Source of the DNA: an uncultured Gammaproteobacteria bacterium | Lineage (GTDB): Bacteria; Patescibacteriota; Microgenomatia; Daviesbacterales; UBA10151 | Assembly (NCBI GenBank): GCA_964522265.1 | Contig: CAZFVS010000001.1 | Coordinates: 34,410-66,409 of the forward strand | Reading direction: 5' to 3' | Length of the DNA stretch: 32,000 bases | Part shown: piece by piece, positions 25,685-32,000 of the stretch | Layout of the letters: each line of letters starts with the position of its first letter | Numbering within the stretch: position 1 is the first letter of the stretch | Made by a program: the position numbers and the translations under genes | Notes under the pieces: generated by a model | The model's input: the letters and a program-made list of their open reading frames with translations, nothing else | Told to the model about the DNA's origin: nothing | Databases searched by the model: none

Positions 25685-26611
25685 TCAACGCGTGCACAAT
25701 AAATTTGTAAATATTATTTTTGAAGTTTCAGCAGGATAAATTTTTAGTAATTTACTAGCGGAGGTGTAAATTAATTTTTGTGAGCCCTCATTAATATCAT
25801 AAAGTTTAAAATGGTTGAATGCTAAAAATTTTAGGTAATTTTTTGGTTTACTTTCTGCGGCAATTAACCCTTGAGGCCAAAATTCGGTAATAATTTTTAT
25901 ATCATGATTATTATTAATTAAATTAACGCCGCTTGTTAATGCCTGAAGTTCTCCGCCCTGGATATCGATTTTTATAAGGTTTACTTTTTGGGTTTGTTTA
26001 AAAAAACTATCAAGAGTTACAGATTTGACACTGATGGTTTTTATTCTATCTTTGAATTTATAAGACCGATGATCGGTTGTATTTGATGGAATGCTTAAGT
26101 AAAATTTTGATATTCCGTTTCTGTCCGTTACAGCTTGGTTGATTAATATAACATTTTGATATCCGTTAGCCGCAACATTCTTCTTCAGTAATTGAAAATT
26201 TTTTGGATCAGGTTCAAAAGCATAAACCTTGCCCTTTTTCCCGACAATTTTTGCAGCGATCAGGGTATAATAACCAATATGTGCGCCTATATCGATTACT
26301 ACATCACCTTTTTTAACATTCTTTCTGAAAACCTCTGTTTCAAAAGGTTCCCAAACTTTATATACTAATAACTGTTTTGATAAAATATCATCAGTTTTAT
26401 CAATATGCATTTTGTTGCCTAGGATAGTGATAAACTCAGGTTTTAAAAAATTTGTGATTAATTTTACTATTTTTTTTGAGTATGAATCTTTAGGTAACCA
26501 ATCCAAAAGTGAATATGTGAGGCCCTTAATTCGTAGATCCTTTCTTATTTTAAAAAAAGTGCGTTTTGTTTTTATGTAAGCTTGATGTATTAATTTTTTG
26601 ATTGATTGCAT
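25685..26611 (-). CDS. FkbM-family methyltransferase
   Basis: VVIDIGAHIGYYT...VYAFEPDPKNF...IKIDIQGGE is the FkbM pattern. I prefer the ATG at 26611. The ORF track starts at a TTG at 26620. Confidence 0.85.
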   Translation of the reverse strand: MQSIKKLIHQAYIKTKRTFFKIRKDLRIKGLTYSLLDWLPKDSYSKKIVKLITNFLKPEFITILGNKMHIDKTDDILSKQLLVYKVWEPFETEVFRKNVKKGDVVIDIGAHIGYYTLIAAKIVGKKGKVYAFEPDPKNFQLLKKNVAANGYQNVILINQAVTDRNGISKFYLSIPSNTTDHRSYKFKDRIKTISVKSVTLDSFFKQTQKVNLIKIDIQGGELQALTSGVNLINNNHDIKIITEFWPQGLIAAESKPKNYLKFLAFNHFKLYDINEGSQKLIYTSASKLLKIYPAETSKIIFTNLLCTR

Positions 26612-26652
26612 ATTTTGCAAAATAGATAAACTATATTATAAACTTGTTTGCA

Positions 26653-26955
26653 ATGATATATAAATTTTTAGGCAAAACAGATCTTAGAATTTCAGCAGTA
26701 GGACAGGGGACAACCGGTACAGGAGGGTATATTAATGCAGATTCAGCGAAAGATAAAAACAGGATAAAAGTTTTAAGATATGGTATTAGTTTAGGAATGA
26801 ACTTTATTGATACTGCTGAGCTTTATGGGGGGGGGACATGCAGAAGAGATAGTAGGCAAGACGACAAGGGAACTTCGGAAAAAAATTATTATTGCCTCAA
26901 AATTTAATCCAGGAAATGCCAATAGAATTAGCAAAGCTTTGGAGGGAAGTTTGGG
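26653..26955 (+). pseudogene. Truncated, frameshifted aldo/keto reductase remnant (N-terminal ~100 codons only)
   Basis: MIYKFLGKTDLRISAVGQGTTG...FIDTAELYGGG is in one frame. HAEEIVGKTTRELRKKIIIASKFNPGNANRISKALEGSL continues in the +1 frame after a G9 run (26827-26835). It resembles the N-terminus of the AKR at 18336-19433. Similarity stops near 26955, 20 nt before the convergent gene end. Confidence 0.7.
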
Positions 26956-26975
26956 ACGGGGGATTCAGTTAAAAT

Positions 26976-28115
26976 TCATTTTACGTAAGTTGTTTTTAAT
27001 GTTGCATCTATTGAGTTTCTTAAAAAAAGCAGAACTTGAAATACAGATTTACGCAAAAAAAGCGGGAATAAGATCTTTAAAACAGACAATAGTCTACTAT
27101 ATAAAATTAATTGTTTTTGTTTTTGTTTTTCTATTTGTTGACTGGATAAAAATTTTAAGCTTGAGAGATATTGATTATAATTTACTACGCGGCCATTTAT
27201 CGTAGGAGTAAGTAGGTTAATGTATGCCTGGCTTTGGTATTTTTCTAAAACGCCTTTTTTTTCGGCTTCCTGTAAAAGTTCAACTGCACAGTCTTGAAGT
27301 TTGATGATTTCCATAAAACTTGCAAGCTTCAGGATTCTTTTTTCGTTCCAAAATTTTCTCCAACCTAATTTTTGCATTTGAGAGACTGCATCCTTTAAAT
27401 ATACGGCTTGCCCTATTATTGCTTGGCCAAATTCCGTAGGACTGGTTTTTTTTGAAAAAAGATTAGGAGATAAACCTCTTCTTCCATATCTGTACATGCT
27501 TAAATCAAAAAATGTAAATCCCAGTGATGATAAGAGTGAGTCTAATTGGCTAAAGGTTGGTCTATTGATGTGTAATGGGTTAAACGAGATCTCAATGCTT
27601 AGGCCGAAAACAGACTTTTTCAAAATCTCTTTAGCACCTTTTAAAACATCTAATTCTGCGCCTTCTATATCAAGTTTGATAAAATCTATCTTGCTTGTCT
27701 TGTTTTTTTTAAGAAAAGAATCCAGAGTTATGGTTTTTATTGTTACAATTTTCCTAATACTCATATTTTTTTCTGAGGGTAACCTTTTATAGAATTCCAT
27801 ATTGGGTTTATAAAAGCCTGAAGAAGCCGGGTAATTTGTAATATAAAATTTTCTTTTTCCTGCAGTTTTGCTTAAAGCAATAGGGTAAAATTTATGTTGA
27901 GAGCTTTTATATTTTTTATTTAACCTAGTACACTCCTTTAGATCTGGCTCAAATCCGATAATTTGAAATTGATCATTAAATGCACGCCATTGTTTTCGAA
28001 ACCCCCCTCTTGCCCCCACGTCTATAATTATAAATTTATCATCATCAAATGTTTTTTGTCTTACTAAAGTATTAGTAAGTTTTGTGTTCTGTTCGATATT
28101 TTTTAATGCGCACAT
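26976..28115 (-). CDS. FkbM-family methyltransferase with a ~170-aa C-terminal extension
   Basis: 379 aa. Has IIIDVGARGG...IIGFEPD...IKLDIEGAE. The C-terminal extension ends in a KQKQKQ tract and a hydrophobic/amphipathic stretch, LILYSRLLSVLKILFPLFL. Confidence 0.8.
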   Translation of the reverse strand: MCALKNIEQNTKLTNTLVRQKTFDDDKFIIIDVGARGGFRKQWRAFNDQFQIIGFEPDLKECTRLNKKYKSSQHKFYPIALSKTAGKRKFYITNYPASSGFYKPNMEFYKRLPSEKNMSIRKIVTIKTITLDSFLKKNKTSKIDFIKLDIEGAELDVLKGAKEILKKSVFGLSIEISFNPLHINRPTFSQLDSLLSSLGFTFFDLSMYRYGRRGLSPNLFSKKTSPTEFGQAIIGQAVYLKDAVSQMQKLGWRKFWNEKRILKLASFMEIIKLQDCAVELLQEAEKKGVLEKYQSQAYINLLTPTINGRVVNYNQYLSSLKFLSSQQIEKQKQKQLILYSRLLSVLKILFPLFLRKSVFQVLLFLRNSIDATLKTTYVK

Positions 28116-28118
28116 AGC

Positions 28119-29381
28119 CTAGGTTCCTATAAATTCTTTTGACCAATCAAGCTTAGGTCTGACAATTCCTGGGAAAAATCCAGTTGAAGAACCCCTAACA
28201 GAGTCTCCTTCAATGGTGTCAATGACTCGGAAAGTAATAGCCTCATTGAAATGAACTGCAGGATATCTTTTTTCAATAAAACCGTCAAGTGAAGCTCTAA
28301 TAACAAAAACACCTTCTGCGAGAAAATTTCCTGGTATCCAGCAAGTACTTTTATATATACCAGATTTTTGGGGTGCATTGCTTCGAATATGTTTAACATC
28401 CTCCGGTGAATTAAATATTACAATTCCAGTTTCATTTGTGAGTTGAATATTACAGGAAAAATAGATTTTTGATTTTATAACCTTATAAAAAATCTCCACA
28501 CCCAGAGGTTTTCTGATATCAAAACTTTTGTTCACTTGGCCATCTTTATTAATAATCCTAACTCTTGTCATCTGAACCGCGTCGTTTCGAAAATTTAAAT
28601 TTTGGCAGTTTACTTCGGGAGTTAATCCAATGCCTGCATTCAGGTATTCGGAAACAACTTTTTGTGCAGGACCTGATTTCACAATTTTTCCTTCGTCTAA
28701 TAAATAAACCTTTTGACATAGGGAGGTTATAGCATGCATGTTATGGGAAACAAATAACACTGTTCTTCCTTTCTCGCTGACATCCTGCATTTTTCCCAAG
28801 CTTTTTTTCTGGAATGCCGCATCTCCTACCGATAGAACTTCGTCCACAATCAGGATCTCAGGTTCAAGATGAGCTGCTACAGAAAAAGCAAGCCTCATAT
28901 ACATTCCCGATGAATAGTGTTTGACAGGAGTATCAAGAAACTGATCTATCTCCGCAAAGGTTACAATTTCATCAAATCTTAAATTAATCTCTTTTTTGGT
29001 CATGCCAAGCAGAGTTCCATTTAAATAAATATTCTCTCTGCCTGTAAGTTCCGGATGGAATCCTGTTCCAATCTCAAGTAAGCTGGCAACCCGGCCCCGG
29101 AGAATTGTTTTACCTTTTGTGGGAGGGGTTATTTGGCTTAAAATTTTTAGAAGAGTACTTTTTCCGGAGCCGTTTTTACCGATAATTCCTATTACCTCAC
29201 CTGGGTATACATCAAAGGATATATTTTTTAACGCCCAAAATTCCTCGCTTCTGTTTTTTTTCAAGACGGATAATGGGTTTTTAACGATATCAGTCAATAT
29301 ATCACGGAATGAATAATAGCCTTTTTGTTCCATAATCCGGTACTTCTTTGAGATTTTTTTTATTTGAATAATAGGTTTCAT
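28119..29381 (-). CDS. wzt: Polysaccharide/O-antigen ABC exporter ATP-binding protein (Wzt/TagH type) with C-terminal extra domain
   Basis: 420 aa. Walker A is GKNGSGKST, the signature is YSSGMYMRLAFS, and Walker B is ILIVDE. A further ~170 aa beta-rich C-terminal domain follows, as in Wzt proteins that carry a glycan-binding module. Confidence 0.88.
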   Translation of the reverse strand: MKPIIQIKKISKKYRIMEQKGYYSFRDILTDIVKNPLSVLKKNRSEEFWALKNISFDVYPGEVIGIIGKNGSGKSTLLKILSQITPPTKGKTILRGRVASLLEIGTGFHPELTGRENIYLNGTLLGMTKKEINLRFDEIVTFAEIDQFLDTPVKHYSSGMYMRLAFSVAAHLEPEILIVDEVLSVGDAAFQKKSLGKMQDVSEKGRTVLFVSHNMHAITSLCQKVYLLDEGKIVKSGPAQKVVSEYLNAGIGLTPEVNCQNLNFRNDAVQMTRVRIINKDGQVNKSFDIRKPLGVEIFYKVIKSKIYFSCNIQLTNETGIVIFNSPEDVKHIRSNAPQKSGIYKSTCWIPGNFLAEGVFVIRASLDGFIEKRYPAVHFNEAITFRVIDTIEGDSVRGSSTGFFPGIVRPKLDWSKEFIGT

Positions 29382-30196
29382 ACTGTATCGGCGAAAAAAT
29401 TCTCGGTTCTTTTAAAGTAATACAATCCCGCAATAAATATTATGACGGATATAAAACAGGATATAAAAAGCATCGGATAGTCAAAAGAAGAAGAACCCTT
29501 AAATGCAACACGCATTGATTCTATCACACCGGTCATGGGGTTTAAGGCAAAGAGGTATCTTAATGAATCCCGCAGGACTGAGCTTGGATAAATGACAGGA
29601 GTTAGAAATAATAGAATCTGTATAAAGTAGGGTAAAATATACCGTATATCACGGTACTTAACGTTAATCGAAGCCAAGAAAAAACCTAAGCCAGAGGCTG
29701 TAAAAATAGTTATTAATACACAAAAGGGCAGTAGGGCCAGTATATAGAGTGAAGGGGTAAATCCATAATAAAGAGCCATAATAATAATTACTACAAAATT
29801 GATTGCAAGATCAACAAAGCTTGTGACAACGGCAGATAAAGGCAAAATCTCCTTAGGGAAATAAATCTTTTTGATAATATTTGCATTATCAACCATTGAA
29901 TTACTGGTGTGAGTTAAACTGCTTGAAAAAAAGGTCCAGAAGACAAGACCGATAAAAACAAAAAGTTCGTAAGGGAGTCCCTCGGAGGGAATTTTTGCAA
30001 TTTTTCCAAAAAAAATAGTAAAAATACCCATTGACATTAGGGGTTGGAATATTACCCAGGTAATTCCTAAAAAAGTTTGTTTATAACGGACCTTTATATC
30101 CCGCCAGGTAAATATAAAAAAGAGTTCCCGGTATCTCCAAAGTCCTTGGAAGTCTAAAAGCTTCCATTTTTTTCTTGGTTTTATTACAATCTCCAT
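29378..30196 (-). CDS. wzm: ABC-2 type polysaccharide exporter permease (Wzm/TagG type)
   Basis: 272 aa. Multiple hydrophobic segments. The N-terminal LWRYRELFFIFTWRDIKVRYKQTFLGI is typical of ABC-2 permeases. ATGA overlap with wzt. Confidence 0.88.
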   Translation of the reverse strand: MEIVIKPRKKWKLLDFQGLWRYRELFFIFTWRDIKVRYKQTFLGITWVIFQPLMSMGIFTIFFGKIAKIPSEGLPYELFVFIGLVFWTFFSSSLTHTSNSMVDNANIIKKIYFPKEILPLSAVVTSFVDLAINFVVIIIMALYYGFTPSLYILALLPFCVLITIFTASGLGFFLASINVKYRDIRYILPYFIQILLFLTPVIYPSSVLRDSLRYLFALNPMTGVIESMRVAFKGSSSFDYPMLFISCFISVIIFIAGLYYFKRTENFFADTV

Positions 30197-30244
30197 AACT
30201 TTTTAGAGATGATACCAGAATTTATAGTAATTTGAAATTCAAAC

Positions 30245-30901
30245 TTAAGTTTTTACGGAGTAGCAGGAAATGTAACTAGCCTTAAATGGAACATAATTAA
30301 ATAAAGTATTTCCCCGCAAGAGTAATCGGGCTAACCCAAATGGTATTTGTAATATACCTCCTTCTTGACCCATTTTAACTAGTTTAAACCTATGTTTTTG
30401 TAAAATTACCTTCAGACTTAGAGGGGTATAGAAATTAACGTGCGTTTCTTCCTTAATACATTTTATAAAATCAGGAAGCCTGATACATAACAACCCACCC
30501 TTTTTTAATAGTCGATGGGCTTCTCTGAGGGCATGTTGTGGATTCTCTATATGCTCTAATGAATCAATCATTGTTACTACATCAAAATAATTATTAGGAA
30601 AGGGAAGTTTATCGTTTGATAAATCAGCTTTGTATAAATCTTTTGAACCCAAGTAGCTTTTTGCAGCTTTGACAATATAATCTGAAATATCAACACCAAA
30701 TACCTGGAACCCATTTTTCCTGCAAATTTCTAAAAAATATCCTTTTGCACATCCAATATCTAAAATTTTACCTTTAAAGCCCAAAAAAATTATCTCTGCA
30801 GCAACCTTATTAAATGTTGGGTTATTTTTATACTCTTGATAATTTATTTTTCCAGATCCATAATGTTTGAAATATTTTTTGGTATAAGTATACTTCCTCA
30901 C
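30245..30901 (-). CDS. Class I SAM-dependent methyltransferase (Methyltransf_11-like)
   Basis: 218 aa. Motif I is ILDIGCAKGYF, followed by VFGVDIS, and post-II DVVTMIDSLEHI. Confidence 0.85.
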   Translation of the reverse strand: MRKYTYTKKYFKHYGSGKINYQEYKNNPTFNKVAAEIIFLGFKGKILDIGCAKGYFLEICRKNGFQVFGVDISDYIVKAAKSYLGSKDLYKADLSNDKLPFPNNYFDVVTMIDSLEHIENPQHALREAHRLLKKGGLLCIRLPDFIKCIKEETHVNFYTPLSLKVILQKHRFKLVKMGQEGGILQIPFGLARLLLRGNTLFNYVPFKASYISCYSVKT

Positions 30902-31989
30902 TTGCAGACCTTTCCGATAATTCTTAACAAATTCTTTTCTAGAATTGGCAAAGAAAAATTTTTTAGTACAGTATCTCTTGCATTTAATCCTATTTTATCA
31001 ACAATTTTTTTATTTTTCTTATAATCTATTAATATGTTCTCCAATTTATTAACTAAGGCGTCAGCGTTAGATCTTTGAATAATATAACCATTGGATCCAT
31101 CCCTAATGAATTTTTTAATTTCCGGACAATTACCTACCACTACCGGTAGAGACATTGCCATGGCAGCTATCATGTTTGATGATAAAGCCCGTTCGCCTTG
31201 AATCCCTTTTCCCAATGATCCTACCCAAATATCGGCGAGCGAGAGATATTTTGGTAAATCAATATATTTTACAAAAGATATGGAAACAACGTTTTTAGCG
31301 GTATAAGGTAATTTTTGACCTAGTATAAAAAAAATAACATTTTTATTTTTAATTTTTTTTGCAGCTTTAAGAATTATGTCAACTCCGTGGTAAGGATGGA
31401 AATACCCATGGTACATGATCACAATTTTATTTTTTAGTTTTTTACTGATATTGGGTATAGGTTGAGTATTATTTTTGGTAAATAATTCACTATCCACGCA
31501 GCTATAAGTTACAAAAACTTTATTTTTAGAGATTGCATAATATTGAACTATTAAATTCTTCATATTTTGAGTATGAGTTATTACTAAATCAAATAATTTA
31601 TATAAATAAGGATCAATATATTTAAATAAATATTTTAATTTATTATCTGTTACCTCATAGTTATAAATTGAAGTAGTGAAGTGGTCTAAAACAAGCTTTT
31701 TTCCAAAAATTTTTGCAATTGGAGCAAATAAAAACCAAGAAATAGATGTATATATGATTACCACATCACACAATGCGATTTCAGTTAATATCTTTGGTAG
31801 AAGGAAGAATAAACGAAATACCCTTATTACCAAAGCAGACTTTTCTAATTGGTAATCGGTAATTGATATAGGGGAAATTACATTGACAGCATACTGTTTA
31901 GATAATATCATTAATTCCTGATCGGCACGAAAATAGTAAGCTGATGAGGCTTTTTCTCTCGGTGGGAAAAGTATCAATATTTTTTTCAT
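30898..31989 (-). CDS. GT-B glycosyltransferase (GT4/GT1-like)
   Basis: 363 aa. The C-terminal half (GERALSSNMIAAMAMSLPVVVGNCPEIKKFI.DG.NGY) is typical of GT4 retaining transferases. ATGA overlap with the downstream methyltransferase. Confidence 0.8.
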   Translation of the reverse strand: MKKILILFPPREKASSAYYFRADQELMILSKQYAVNVISPISITDYQLEKSALVIRVFRLFFLLPKILTEIALCDVVIIYTSISWFLFAPIAKIFGKKLVLDHFTTSIYNYEVTDNKLKYLFKYIDPYLYKLFDLVITHTQNMKNLIVQYYAISKNKVFVTYSCVDSELFTKNNTQPIPNISKKLKNKIVIMYHGYFHPYHGVDIILKAAKKIKNKNVIFFILGQKLPYTAKNVVSISFVKYIDLPKYLSLADIWVGSLGKGIQGERALSSNMIAAMAMSLPVVVGNCPEIKKFIRDGSNGYIIQRSNADALVNKLENILIDYKKNKKIVDKIGLNARDTVLKNFSLPILEKNLLRIIGKVCK

Positions 31990-32000
31990 ATTAAAGTTAG

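Noticed and set aside
27111-27131. (TTGTTT)x3 hexamer repeat
   Set aside because: Only about three units. It encodes the KQKQKQ tract in the tail of the FkbM protein. It is too short to call a tandem-repeat locus and has no spacer structure, so it is not a CRISPR array.
26956-27205. Remainder of plus-strand ORF 26807-27205 beyond the AKR-like part
   Set aside because: There is no AKR similarity after about codon 49. It is Phe/Leu/Ile-rich and antisense to the tail of the FkbM gene, so it is treated as non-coding read-through of the remnant.
1-32000. Checked for an alternative genetic code, mobile-element genes, CRISPR, tRNA/rRNA and defence systems
   Set aside because: Standard-code ORFs have the full expected lengths for their families. 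No transposase, integrase or recombinase motifs were seen, and no repeat-spacer arrays. There is no intergenic space large enough for RNA genes, and no nuclease/ATPase defence-type proteins were recognised.

Overview
AT-rich (about one-third GC by eye, not computed) bacterial window. It is essentially one continuous minus-strand surface-glycan (O-antigen, capsule or S-layer-glycan type) biosynthesis and export array. I count 31 intact CDS, all on the minus strand. Many are joined by ATGA or other 1-14 nt start/stop overlaps. No Shine-Dalgarno-like tract is visible before the starts that follow real gaps.

Modules, in transcription order (high to low coordinates):
- GT4 glycosyltransferase, SAM methyltransferase, and Wzm/Wzt ABC exporter (Wzt has a C-terminal extra domain).
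- Two FkbM-family methyltransferases.
- A Gmd-family NDP-sugar 4,6-dehydratase.
- An E1 alpha/beta thiamine-diphosphate (ThDP) pair and a split transketolase pair.
- Three Fcl-like extended SDR paralogs, interleaved with a 141-aa orphan, an aldo/keto reductase carrying a ParB/Srx-like tail, a TylF-like O-methyltransferase and a divergent RmlC-like cupin.
- A classical SDR and an HD-domain protein.
- A GT2 glycosyltransferase.
- An HddA-like GHMP kinase plus an HddC-like nucleotidyltransferase, flanked by two paralogs of an uncharacterised 450-aa GT-B-like protein (one is broken).
- Another methyltransferase, a GT-A-like protein and RmlC.
- A NeuB-family nonulosonate synthase with a cupin/KdsC-phosphatase fusion.
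- An SDR and an aldehyde dehydrogenase.

Three genes are decayed: an epimerase with several lesions, the frameshifted GT-B-like paralog, and a truncated aldo/keto reductase remnant that is the only plus-strand coding remnant. Two GC-rich palindromic elements stand out against the AT-rich background. One is a 93-nt four-hairpin insertion inside the dead epimerase.

I found no rRNA, tRNA, CRISPR array, transposase, integrase or recognisable defence genes. There is no phylogenetic marker, so taxonomy is not assignable from this window.
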